From NCBI RefSeq assembly GCF_001194135.2, contig NC_068990.1, positions 80,796,390 through 80,860,389 on the forward strand: a DNA stretch of 64,000 bases, read 5' to 3'. Source of the DNA: Octopus bimaculoides. Its lineage: Eukaryota. Position 1 is the first letter of the stretch. Each line of letters starts with the position of its first letter. Positions 11,990 to 24,776 of this stretch are shown here, in pieces. A program made the position numbers and the translations under genes. Under the pieces are notes generated by a model. The model ran no database searches, had not been told where the DNA came from, and was given only the letters and a program-made list of their open reading frames with translations.

Positions 11990-12700
11990 TACTTGTGACT
12001 CCGCTACTGTCGATGCGTTTTGAAGCAGTTCACTGAAATTCTTCATCTCCTTCTTTCAATTGTTTCCTCCATTAATGTAGATAACAATTATTTTTGTTTC
12101 CCATTTGGCTTCCCATAATCCACAAGCGTTCAACTAGGAATTTACGCAATTCTTAAATTGTGTTTCTTTTTTTTTTTTCTTTTGAATCTTGTTTTCTACC
12201 TAGACACACGCCGTACTGCATCTGCATAGGTATTTTTGATCATCATTCCGAACAATATATCCAGTCCAAAGTTAAACGTTGCTTGTGCACCACCCCATCA
12301 ACTTCCCCCTCAAGAACTCTGTGTCTGGAGTCCGAAAGTAGTTTCAGCTGAACTGTTCTTTCAATGTACAAAGACGCTACGCAAAATTGTCTCTATCAGA
12401 AACGATACGTTTGCGCCATCGTTGGTTTCAAGTCACAAATATTCTTGTTCGCAGATATTCCGACAAATTCCCAGCCACTTTTACCAAGTATGAGTAATCA
12501 AATTCTTGACTTCGACAACTGTCCTTCGTTGGTCCGAATTGAAAGAAATCGAAGTGCGCCAAATTCTTCTCTGTGCAGTGGACGGGAGCCCATTGGCTAG
12601 TTGAATTTGCCATTTCTCACTTGTTGCCAAAGATGTGTATCTGTGCGTGGTCAGAGCATTTGAAATAGCTCTCACTTCTCACTCATCTGAGAAGCACATT
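11990..12700 (-). mobile_element. Highly decayed Tc1/Tc3-like transposase
   Basis: Frameshifted peptides WRKRIVSD (cf. WxxVIFSDE), GGS*WGGA..NFGLDILFGMM (cf. GGSVMVWGA) and a C-terminal ISVxLLQN-like segment occur in the expected order. Confidence 0.5.
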
Positions 12701-14425
12701 GAATAATAATGCTTCTAAGGCTTTCTATCTGGATAAAAGTAAAATTCCATCTTATATCTATTTGACCAAACTGACCTCGTGCTAAAATAAATGAAAACAA
12801 AATAATTAATAAAAAGCAAAACTTGAAGCTAATAATAAGAAAGGTCAGAGTACATACAACAACAACATTAAATGTCTTAAATACACGTCTTTTTTTAAAT
12901 AAAAGGATATATTAACTTATGCAGTTTGACCAACACTATTCCTGAATCAGATAGTCACACCTGGAATAATTCAAATCGACAAAGATTCAATCAAGGTGAC
13001 TTGCGACTAAAATACGTCGACGGCAACAACGTCTTGGTAATCTTTGCCTCGTTCATAATGACTTAGAAATCTCTGTATGAAAATGGTGAATAAGAAATGA
13101 ATTAGAAAAATGCGGCGTAGCTGAAATGATCCCCAAACGAGTAAGTACATGCAAACTCTGATTTGGATATTCTTCACCATTTCAGTAGATATGACGAAAC
13201 TTCGACAAACATTCCAAGATACACACTCGAGAGATTTTGTTCAATTTGTTATTGTCTGGTTGACCTTAAACATATATTTAATATAAATTTTTACCTTCAG
13301 CAATAGTTTCTTCTCTAGAGCTCTCAAATAGCTGAATGTTACGTTTTGTAGCATAGAACTGTAGGAATATATATGTTAGCTTCTTTGCGCAATGATATTA
13401 ATAATTGTATTATCGTGTTTCTTGAATTATCGTTTGTTATATATGTATACATATATGTATCAGGCTGAGTTAACATATGCTATTTTATTTTGTATTGTGA
13501 TGAGACTTCCTATCGTATAATTATAGTTATATTTTAGTTATTTGAATATTCTATCTGAATATATACGATATTTCATTGGAGACAAAAATATTGTTTTCTT
13601 TTTAAATACAATGACAATACATTTTATTGAAATGAATATTTATAATGCTTACGTACAATAAAATATAACATATTGTAATTAAAACGAAAGGTTCTAATAA
13701 TTATGAATTTACATATTTTTAGGATTATCTACACAGCACAATAATATTCTTCACAGTAAGTCTTCCGTCAACTTGTAATATTCAAATGCAACAAAGAAGA
13801 AGCTCATAAAAATGTTCATAAATTTTCAAACGTAAATTTGCATCTACTGTATCAAATTTTCAGGCAGCTAAGTGGTATAATCATTAGGATGTCGAATAGA
13901 AAGCGTTGATACATTGTTTAGATTCTCTGCGCCGAGATCTTTAATCCCGTTGAGACCATCGTTCAAATTCATCCCTTCGGAATATTTGAATAAAGAATCA
14001 ACCACGCACTGATGCATCTTATTCTCCCTCACTCTCCCTCTTCTCATCGCTTTTCTCTCTACCCCACTCTCTCTGTCTGTCCATCTATAACATCCTAAAC
14101 ATTCAGCTGGCCCAAAGTGTGGAGGGCTAATCAGGGAAACTGTGGCTGCTCACGAATATAAGGGTACTTAAAATAAAAACTGAAAGTATGGTAGAACTCA
14201 TCTTTTCGAATCATCAAGGGAACATCAACAAAGTAGATCACCTGCTTAATTTAATAAGTTGAATTTCATTAAAATATCATTAAAACACATTATACAGTTT
14301 ATTTACAGAATGGCTACGTTACAAACGAATTGCTACATTCTATGAATAATTATGACTCAATACATCTATATCAGCAAGCTATTATTCACACACTCCATCA
14401 AATTCTAATAATATTAATATACTGA

Positions 14426-14635
14426 TCTCAAATTTTAGCACAAGCCCAGCAATTTTGGGGAAGGGTTAAGACGATTACATTGACCCAGTGTTCAACTACT
14501 ATTTATTTTATCGACTCCCAAAAGGATGAAAAGCAATGTCGACCTCGGCAAAATTTTCATTCAGAATGTAAAGACAGACGAAATGCCGCTAGGCATTTTG
14601 CCCGGCGTGCTAAGGGTTCAAGCAGCTCACTACCC
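14426..14635 (-). mobile_element. SINE family 1, tail type A
   Basis: Full head, central ggatgaaaagc..gtcgacctcgg block and cttgtgctaaaatttgaga tail. Confidence 0.85.
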
Positions 14636-14841
14636 TAAATTCTGATGATACGTTATTATCTCATTGTCCAATTCAAGGGACCAGCACATATCAATGTGTT
14701 TGAGAAGTTACCTTGGTAACTAAGCTATTGTAAGTGCTCTATGATTTCTGGAACAAAAGACTTCCACTGAAAACTCGGGCATACAAACAGATTATGAGCA
14801 GGATTGCGACAAAACACACACAGAGACACACACACACACAG

Positions 14842-14872
<31 letters not shown>

Positions 14873-14939
14873 TACACACACACTTTTATTTGTGTGTGTG
14901 TGTCTGTCTGTTGAGTATGGGTAGTAGTTGCTTCTTTTT

Positions 14940-15095
14940 AGGCCAAAGGTACCGTCCAAAATCGGAAGGATCAAATAACGATCATCAAATAATTCAGCCT
15001 TTCAGTAACAGTTACAACTAATTTGAAAATAGTCGTTTTCTTGGACGTTACCTTTAGCCTAAAAAGAAGTCACTACTACCCATACTCAACGAGCA
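14940..15095 (+). mobile_element. Penelope-like element RT fragment
   Basis: TTNLKIVVFLDVTFSLKRSHYYPYS matches the PLE RT motif NLKxVxFLDVTFxL...YxPY. Confidence 0.55.
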
Positions 15096-17666
15096 AAGTG
15101 TGTATCTACTTGACTTAAAAAGGATTTAGCAAATCCTATCAGGTGGTGCTATTAAGTTTGACATGGCCTGGACTAATCTTTAGTCGAAACATAATATATA
15201 TATACACATACATACATACATACATACATACATACATACATACATACACATATACATACATACATACATACATGCATACATACATACATATATGCGTGTG
15301 CATATAGACATATATACACTGATAGATGAAAATTGAATTGTCAGCTCGAATTTTTCTATAAGCTTTATTGTTCTCATTAATAGATGCTGAGTTGTTATTC
15401 TTAAATTATCTTTAAACTAAGCCATCTGTATATTCATTCAGTGTAGGTTCAGGAGACGTCGTCGTGAAAATTCTTTCGTCTTTGTCGCCAATATATATCG
15501 TTTAAAGAGAGAATTTCTTCTCCGAAAACGGAATCCTACATGACAAATATATTTACGTCTACAGCATTTTCTTTCGCACTTATACTAATTTATATGAACT
15601 TGGCAAGCCTAAGTACACAGAAGACCCAATTTTTTTAATTGAAAACAGTTCTCTGATTAGGAAAAAACAATCTTGCCGAGGCACCGATATTTCAGATTTC
15701 GCTACATCAATGAATCATGTGTTATAAAAAACACACTTTGTTTAAAAGACGTTTTACTCTTTTAACGGAATTCATCAGTNNNNNNNNNNNNNNNNNNNNN
15801 NNNNNNNNNNNNNNNNNNNNNNNNNNNNNNNNNNNNNNNNNNNNNNNNNNNNNNNNNNNNNNNNNNNNNNNNNNNNNNNNNNNNNNNNNNNNNNNNNNNN
15901 NNNNNNNNNNNNNNNNNNNNNNNNNNNNNNNNNNNNNNNNNNNNNNNNNNNNNNNNNNNNNNNNNNNNNNNNNNNNNNNNNNNNNNNNNNNNNNNNNNNN
16001 NNNNNNNNNNNNNNNNNNNNNNNNNNNNNNNNNNNNNNNNNNNNNNNNNNNNNNNNNNNNNNNNNNNNNNNNNNNNNNNNNNNNNNNNNNNNNNNNNNNN
16101 NNNNNNNNNNNNNNNNNNNNNNNNNNNNNNNNNNNNNNNNNNNNNNNNNNNNNNNNNNNNNNNNNNNNNNNNNNNNNNNNNNNNNNNNNNNNNNNNNNNN
16201 NNNNNNNNNNNNNNNNNNNNNNNNNNNNNNNNNNNNNNNNNNNNNNNNNNNNNNNNNNNNNNNNNNNNNNNNNNNNNNNNNNNNNNNNNNNNNNNNNNNN
16301 NNNNNNNNTATAGGAAAAGTATCATTCTACAAGCGATGCTGTAGATGAATCGTTAAAATCAGTGATAGAGAAAACGAGTAGCGAATTCATATATTATCTC
16401 ATTTACATTTCATTATAAATATCTACTTTTTAATTTAAAAATTAATTTTAAATAAAATAATTTATTATTCCACATTATTTGCACTCATTAATCTTTTAAT
16501 TGACTGAATTATTCTAAGATTCTTTCAATAAGAACGTTTATTGTCAATTCATCTTAAGTCTTCAGTGTTCGAGCCCTCTTAAATTAACTCTTATAATAAT
16601 TCTGTGTATCGTTGTCATTAAAACAAGGACCAGATTTATCCGCACGTATTGTTTTCAGTATCCGTTTTACAACACAACAGTTATCCAGAATGAAACACAT
16701 CTTAAGTTTCTCTTGTCTAAAATAGCATCATCAATAAAACAATTGGAGGGAATCTTCACTGAAATATAAACAATAAACAGACTTACACACTACATCTAAA
16801 TAATGCAATCTGTGAGTAAAGTGACTGACACATTACATATTCGTTCATTGTTGACATTTTTACTATTCATACGGTGGTGTGAGAGTTTTATGAATTCCTC
16901 TCGTTTTATTTCAGTCATGTCCATTATTATTAAGCTTAACAGAAAGAAAAACAAAAAACATTGCGACGTACAAAAACTGAGATTGAAAGTAAAAATAATT
17001 TTTAAAAAAAGCAGATAAATATACAAAATCGAATATATTAGATTAGATGTGAAGGAAGGTTCGGCAAAATACGAAATATAAATTAGATTTAGCTTCACAA
17101 AAAAAAGAAGCATATACAAACACACAAAGACACTCCATTATAAATATATATACATAAACGTGTATATATTTGTGTGTATGTATGTGTTTGTGTATAGGTG
17201 AGTTAATATAATTGATATTAGCACCAATACTAGTAAACTTTATACTTATTTGAATTCTTGACACCAACGAGTGAAGCAGATAATCCATAGTAGATTTAAT
17301 TACATCAGATCAAAGCTACGTAGTACATTAAAAATTTCGACATAGAAAGCAACTAATACTCTAATAAGCAAATCACAGAAAATCATTGATCGGTTTTAAT
17401 AAATTAAAAACAATCACTCAGATAAAATAAGCTACCAATATTAAATAAAATAATGAGAATATTATAGTTTTTTTAGAAATCAATAATGCATTGTGAACAA
17501 TATCTTATGCTCATTTTGGATAACAATGAAGAGGCATACATCATATATACATACATATTTACATTATTTACATATATTCATGTTGACTTATATATATATA
17601 TAAGTAAAGAAAGATATAAACATATACAGACATATATTATGTATGCATATATATATTATGAATGGA

Positions 17667-17723
<57 letters not shown>

Positions 17724-18219
17724 NNNNNNNNNNNNNNNNNNNNNNNNNNNNNNNNNNNNNNNNNNNNNNNNNNNNNNNNNNNNNNNNNNNNNNNNNNNNN
17801 NNNNNNNNNNNNNNNNNNNNNNNNNNNNNNNNNNNNNNNNNNNNNNNNNNNNNNNNNNNNNNNNNNNNNNNNNNNNNNNNNNNNNNNNNNNNNNNNNNNN
17901 NNNNNNNNNNNNNNNNNNNNNNNNNNNNNNNNNNNNNNNNNNNNNNNNNNNNNNNNNNNNNNNNNNNNNNNNNNNNNNNNNNNNNNNNNNNNNNNNNNNN
18001 NNNNNNNNNNNNNNNNNNNNNNNNNNNNNNNNNNNNNNNNNNNNNNNNNNNNNNNNNNNNNNNNNNNNNNNNNNNNNNNNNNNNNNNNNNNNNNNNNNNN
18101 NNNNNNNNNNNNNNNNNNNNNNNNTATATATATATATATATATATATATATGTTCATATCTACGCATGTTATATCAAATGCTTATATGTTTCTACATAGA
18201 GATATATATGCAGTCCAAC

Positions 18220-18338
18220 GATACGGCTTGCAAAGAATAAGTCCTGGCGTCGATTTGCTCGACTAAAGGCAGTGCTCCAGCATGGCTGCAGTCAAAATGA
18301 CTGAAACAAATGAAAGAATAAAAGAATAAAAGAGTATA
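18220..18338 (+). mobile_element. SINE family 2, 3' portion
   Basis: Contains aagaataagtcctggcgtcgatttgctcgactaaaggcagtgctccagcatggc..gactgaaac and an (aaaagaat)n tail. Confidence 0.85.
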
Positions 18339-19269
18339 TATCCGTGATGCGTATAAATGCAAACTTATTGTCATTTCGTTGATGCTTGAGGGAAATTCGA
18401 ACTCGTAATAAAGCCATTCACTTTGTCTTGTCATTCTAGAAAAGTCTCGCTGTAGACAAATAGATGTAAATATAACAAATCAACTGATAGCGCTACATAA
18501 CCAGACAGTGGGATGCATTGATTTCGGAGTGGTTATCTCCTCTTCAGCCACAACTATAAAGGGAAGCTGCACTGTGTGTTGACATAAGAGAGAATGTCTT
18601 TCTTATATATTCCTGTCATCGCTTAATGACTGGTTGCGCTATTCGGCGGTTCATCGTAAATAAAATAGAGCTAAAATAGTTGATAGCGCTAACCAATTAC
18701 GTGTATGCAATGTAAAAGGATCAGTCGAGTGATTGTGGTAAGACTCGGTTCATTCATCTCGGTATTATTTCCTATAGAAACACGGTTTCTATAGGGAACA
18801 TAGTTGACTCGAAAATATATCAATAAATCATTTAATGAATCAAATTAGTTTGTCTCATATAGAGATTAGGCAGGACATTTCGATGAGATGACAGATATTA
18901 TACAACTCCATTTCAAACGCCACAAATGTTGGTTATAATGTAATAATCAAATCTGTAAATAAATGGAGTGGAAGATGTCATTGAGTACTACAATTGTTTC
19001 AAAAGAACATCGGATGTCTATTACGAAACATTATGAATGTCCTTTAATTGTTCGGTGTGTGTTCTCGTCAGGAACATGCGGACTTTTTTCTTTAAAATAT
19101 TCCCTCGCAGTAGAATATTCTCACACAGGTCTACAGAATAAAGAAAAGACAACAATAAAAAATGGGAGTGGATATTACATTTGATAAAGAACCGACTAGA
19201 TTAGCGAGATAAAGGAATGTGTGGTTTTATATTGTTATCAGCACACTCACATTTTAGTAGCTTCTTGAG

Positions 19270-19562
19270 CAGTGCTTCTCAAATTATCTGAAGTGGCAGT
19301 TTGTTTTTTAATATGCCAGGGACCGGTAATATTTCTTAGAAATATTGATGCATACCGGAAACAATATATATAATGAATATAATAAAAATTGACAATTTTT
19401 TTCTATCTTATATTTAGTTTGTAAACAAATAATACAATATTACATAAGCATTTTATGAGCATTTAATAATGCTTCTTTCTTTTCTGGAAACACGCCGCGT
19501 CCTGGCAGCTGATGACTCGCGGACTGGCACCGGTCTGCGGACCATCACTTTGAGTAGCACTG
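19270..19562. mobile_element. hAT (Charlie-like) MITE
   Basis: TIRs cagtgcttctcaaa (19270-19283) and tttgagtagcactg (ending 19562). The flanking 8-mers ttcttgag and gtctagag are 6/8 identical, and the right one fits the NTCTAGAN Charlie target. Confidence 0.85.
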
Positions 19563-20244
19563 GTCTAGAGTAGATGATACTCTCATTAATATCTATGTCT
19601 GGTTAATGCTTGAAGGCCAGTGCTTCGACGGTTGGAATGTTTGTTAATGAGTGATAAAATGTATAATATAATCTCTTAAAGAGATAACACGGGTGGGGAA
19701 ATTAAAAGGTAACAGAAAAAGTAAGTACCTTCTATAAAGTAAATATATAAAGAAAAACAACTCACCCGCGGACCCGATAGGCTCACCGATAGAGACCTCA
19801 AAGAGGGCCGTCATCATTCACACTCATGCTATTTTCTGTAGGAAATCATTTGAGGCTGGCTATATTCCTCATAATTTTCAATCCTAGTTCTTTGTCCCAG
19901 TTTTCTGAAAGAGAAAGAAATCGTTTTATAAAAGTTATTTCATTTTGTTCGACTATAAGAATACATTTCTATTCGTTTTTGTCATATTGATTTTTAGTTC
20001 TCTTCTAAATGGATTCGTACCTTTTCGGAATTCCATGTTAATTATGAGATGAAATAGGTTTTCCTGAAAACGATAGGCAGACATATTGGATGGCTGGATG
20101 ATTGGCATTTGACTCATTTGAAAATGAATTCCTTGAAAATATTATTGTCATTGTCATCGTATTCATATTGTTACGATTTTCAACTTGACTCTTTTGAAAA
20201 TTCCATGACTTTATATCAGTTTCGAAATGGGAAGGTTGTAAAAT

Positions 20245-20632
20245 ATCTTTTATCTTTTACTTGTTTCTGTCATTGGACTGCGGCCATGATGGGACACCAC
20301 CTTGAAGGGTTTAGCTGAGCCAGGTGCTCCCAGATCTTTATTTTTAGCATGGTGCTTATTCTATCGGTCTATTTGTCAAACCGCTAAATGACGGGCACAT
20401 AAACACACCAAAATCGGCTGTCAAACGGTGATGGGGGACAAACGCATATACAAAGATACTCCCATATACATACATACATGCATACATACATATATATACA
20501 CGACTGACTTCTTTCAGTTTCCGTTTACCAGATCCACTTATAAGGCTTTAGCCTACCCAAAGCTATATTAGAAAACACTGGCCCATGGTGCCACGTAGTG
20601 CTACTGAACCCGGAACCATGTGGTTGGCAAGC
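20245..20632 (-). mobile_element. SINE family 2, head truncated, internal (ATAC)n
   Basis: Matches the 42501-42894 copy block by block. Confidence 0.85.
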
Positions 20633-20796
20633 GTACACGAGTGTCATAAAAACCCAGCCCAGAGCTAAACTATGAAAAGGCTACCAATGTTTAATACCCT
20701 ATACACATCTATCCATCGAGTACACTAATAGAATTTTGTATCAAATAATGCTTGAACTACGGAAAATATATATTTCATATATTTTACAACACTTAA

Positions 20797-21008
20797 GGTA
20801 GCGCGCTGGCAGAATCATTAGCACGTCGGGCAAAATGCTTAGCTGGATTTCGTCCGTCTGTAGGTTCTGAGTTCAAATTCTGCAGAGGTCAAATTTGCCT
20901 TTCACCTTTTCGGGGTCGATAAAATGAGTAACAGTTGAGCACTGGAGTGGACATAATCGATTTATTCCCTCTCCCAAAATTGCTGTCCTGGTGCCAAAAT
21001 TTAAAACC
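20797..21008 (+). mobile_element. SINE family 1, full length, tail type A
   Basis: A-box-like gctggcagaatcattagc, B-box gagttcaaattc, central tttgcctttcacctttcggggtcgataaaatgagta block and ggtgccaaaatttaaaacc tail. Confidence 0.9.
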
Positions 21009-21167
21009 GATACATTTTATAATCTCTACACTGTGGCATTGTATATACGAGTATATGTATACCTCTGTGAGTGCATATACGAGCACGTTATGAGTAAACA
21101 TATATATATATAAATATAGTTTTATGTTTGGATATCTACATATCTGTGTATATGCACATATACTTAT

Positions 21168-21198
<31 letters not shown>

Positions 21199-21739
21199 CA
21201 CACAGATATATGTATATGTAGCTATGCATATACCCACGCCCCCGTATCTCTCAATTATTACATTCTACAATAACAATTCACTTCGATATTTCATTTTTCC
21301 TATAGATTCTACGATAATATATACGTTAATATTTATCAGTGTGTGTTCTGATGTCGCTAGTAGTCTTTCGACGACACTGTAAGTTTGTTTATCCTGAAAT
21401 AACACTAATAGTACACACTCAGATCGTTTGTTAGATATTGTTTTCCACTGAAAGAAATATTATGAACTCACATAAACATGGATCAATATTTGTAAGAGAA
21501 AAACGTATTTGATATTGTTGCTCTTCTAATTATTGTGTTTGTGTTAAATTCATTGAGCAGAAAAATGGAATGCTATAATTTTTTTTATTTTTTATCATTT
21601 GTCAGTAAATTCCTTGTTTTTAGCTTATTCTTTGAAATTCTGCATCGGTAAAGGTAGCTGGTTCCGAAATACTGGCCAGGTGAAACTTGTGGTTGTGTGA
21701 TTAATCATTAATATGAAAACCAGTTTTAACTTACCAGCT

Positions 21740-22075
21740 TTTCTATGCATTGTTCAGTACATATTGGTAAAAATCTACAATCAGGAATCGATATCGTGTC
21801 GCAAAAGTTTCTGTTTGCAAAATAATAATTTATGGGTGCTGGCTAGACTCGTAGTGCCCTAACTCCAACTGTAACACCCTCGATGCAATTGTCTCTCCAT
21901 ATATTCAACCCTCTTAACTCGCCCAGTCCTTTCAATTCAGAAAATAGGCTTTCTGGAATGTTCTCCCAGCTCACGTCTTTTTCCTGCAGTTATCGTCTAG
22001 TAACAGTTTAAACGTTGGCGTAGAAATATCAAAGTCTACGCGACTTAACGTTTCACTTGAAACTATTCTATATCT
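21740..22075 (-). mobile_element. Possible decayed Tx1/L1 ORF1-like segment
   Basis: SWENIPESLFSELKGLGELRGLNIWRDNCIEGVTVGVRALRV*PAPINYY loosely resembles Tx1-type ORF1. It contains a frameshift and a stop, and the resemblance is weak. Confidence 0.25.
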
Positions 22076-22626
22076 AACCTTACATTCAAAAACAAAACAG
22101 CATTTCACTTCCATATGTATGGACTTTATCAACTGCAGATCAACATTATCAAGTATACAAATTAATTATGCAAATCATGTAATGAAACGTTCGAACAAAT
22201 ATGTCATTTGCATATTATCATATCATATTTTATGTACCGCTTGCGATAAATGAACATATGTGTCTTAAAGCTTGTGTCTGACTTGCATGGTGATGTCTAA
22301 CAATGTTGAAAACTGTTTCCAAACACAACGATAGGCTAAAAGATCTTATGCTATTATCCCTTATACGTTTTGAAATTGGGCATCTATATTTTATTTATTT
22401 CATACAAGTAGCAACAGTAAGCATTTTAATAGAATGAGAATCAAAGTAAGCTATACTTGATGAAATGCTTTCATTCTATCAATTTTATGTCGAAACCGAC
22501 TCAGAACTAGTTTAATGGGCTTATAGTACCACCATCAGGGACGAGTGCCACTTCATTAAAAACCAGACATCCTACAGGGTCAATTAATTCAATTGTTTGC
22601 ACATATTTTCTTGCATATATATATTA

Positions 22627-24091
22627 CTAGCAGAAATACCCGGCGTTGCCCGGGTTAAAGAGAATAATGAAATCTAAAAACACCGTCTAGACTACGCATC
22701 ATCTTTATATATAGAGATGTATATACACACACGCATCCAAACACACTTATATATATGTATATCAATATAAATATATGAAAGTCAATGAAGTTTCGTAAAA
22801 GAACGTGATCATGTACATACTTTCTTGCTGTTGTGATTATAACACCTCATTGTAAACTATGTTCCTTGTTTTCCCTTGTGGTGCATATACAAATAGGTTT
22901 TTTGTTGCTGCCCACTCTTGAGCAGCCAACATACAGTTGTCCATGTGAGAAGCAGGGCTCTTCCAAGAGAAGACCAGCTACNNNNNNNNNNNNNNNNNNN
23001 NNNNNNNNNNNNNNNNNNNNNNNNNNNNNNNNNNNNNNNNNNNNNNNNNNNNNNNNNNNNNNNNNNNNNNNNNNNNNNNNNNNNNNNNNNNNNNNNNNNN
23101 NNNNNNNNNNNNNNNNNNNNNNNNNNNNNNNNNNNNNNNNNNNNNNNNNNNNNNNNNNNNNNNNNNNNNNNNNNNNNNNNNNNNNNNNNNNNNNNNNNNN
23201 NNNNNNNNNNNNNNNNNNNNNNNNNNNNNNNNNNNNNNNNNNNNNNNNNNNNNNNNNNNNNNNNNNNNNNNNNNNNNNNNNNNNNNNNNNNNNNNNNNNN
23301 NNNNNNNNNNNNNNNNNNNNNNNNNNNNNNNNNNNNNNNNNNNNNNNNNNNNNNNNNNNNNNNNNNNNNNNNNNNNNNNNNNNNNNNNNNNNNNNNNNNN
23401 NNNNNNNNNNNNNNNNNNNNNNNNNNNNNNNNNNNNNNNNNNNNNNNNNNNNNNNNNNNNNNNNNNNNNNNNNNNNNNNNNNNNNNNNNNNNNNNNNNNN
23501 NNNNNNNNNNNNNNNNNNNNNNNNNNNNNNNNNNNNNNNNNNNNNNNNNNNNNNNNNNNNNNNNNNNNNNNNNNNNNNNNNNNNNNNNNNNNNNNNNNNN
23601 NNNNNNNNNNNNNNNNNNNNNNNNNNNNNNNNNNNNNNNNNNNNNNNNNNNNNNNNNNNNNNNNNNNNNNNNNNNNNNNNNNNNNNNNNNNNNNNNNNNN
23701 NNNNNNNNNNNNNNNNNNNNNNNNNNNNNNNNNNNNNNNNNNNNNNNNNNNNNNNNNNNNNNNNNNNNNNNNNNNNNNNNNNNNNNNNNNNNNNNNNNNN
23801 NNNNNNNNNNNCTCTCTCTGTGAAAGTATCTGTCACTACAGTATCGAAATGTGATTGTTTCAGTTAGTGGAATAGTTTCATTTTTAAAGTGAAAGTATTT
23901 GACATGAGTGTTTTTGTTTCACTTTTGACACGTAATACTTAAATAGTGGAGGAGATATTATGTTGCCGTGTGCTCGAACTCTGCAAGAAGTTAATAATTT
24001 TTTTGACTAAAACACAACTGGAACCCTAAGTAAGGCATGTGTAAAATTTAAATGAAATTGGTTGCGTAGTTCTCGAGTTTTAGTGATTCAC

Positions 24092-24134
<43 letters not shown>

Positions 24135-24160
24135 CACATTCTCATTTTTATATATATAGA
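22627..24160 (-). mobile_element. Helitron (non-autonomous derivative) spanning an 830-nt gap
   Basis: Minus-strand 5' end A^TCTATATATATAAAAATGAG followed by (CTGT)n at 24160. The 3' end has a GC hairpin CCCGGGCAACGCCGGG, then CTAG^T at 22627. A helicase remnant lies inside. Confidence 0.8.
22845..22981 (-). pseudogene. Helitron RepHel PIF1-helicase C-terminal remnant
   Basis: VAGLLLEEPCFSHGQLYVGCSRVG, then after a frameshift KNLFVYAPQGKTRNIVYNEVL*. This is the canonical FSHGQLYVAxSRV motif VI. Confidence 0.9.
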
Positions 24161-24649
24161 TTAGCTTCACTTCAAATCCCTGGATCTCGTGAGGGTACCC
24201 ATTCTTTCGGAAAAGGAAATAGAAATTCCAAATCTCAGTCCAAATACGTCTGAAAATAATCAGACAACATGCTTTCCAATAACATGGAAAATCATTGATG
24301 GCGCAAAAACGCATCAAATTTTGAACAACACAATCACCTGTAAAATATCGTCAGTAATAAAAGGACTCCGCATCGCTGAGGAATTACTTTTAGACACAAT
24401 CCATGTTCTGGTTGCATTTATAATACACGGTATTTGGAGAATAGAGTATTTGTAGTCTTTAACCTATCGGATCATGGGAGTCGCCTTAAATATGTCCGCT
24501 CTATCTCAAAATAGTCTCTGAAGAATTATAAACACATATTTCACGTATATGACTATGAAACTGAGTTACAATGGAGTTAAATTCACTAACTGTTTACTGA
24601 TAATTATGTAAACTCTGTTTAATGTATCAAGCGCTCAGTTCTTCCAGTA

Positions 24650-24667
24650 ATACAAACACACACACAA

Positions 24668-24720
<53 letters not shown>

Positions 24721-24730
24721 NNNNNNNNNN

Positions 24731-24776
<46 letters not shown>

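Noticed and set aside
18771-18795. 11-bp perfect hairpin cctatagaaac-acg-gtttctatagg
   Set aside because: It is short, AT-rich and isolated, with no TSD or family context.
21880-21990. LRR-like reading NIPESLFSELKGLGEL
   Set aside because: It is a single unit bounded by stops and a frameshift, with no tandem LRR array.
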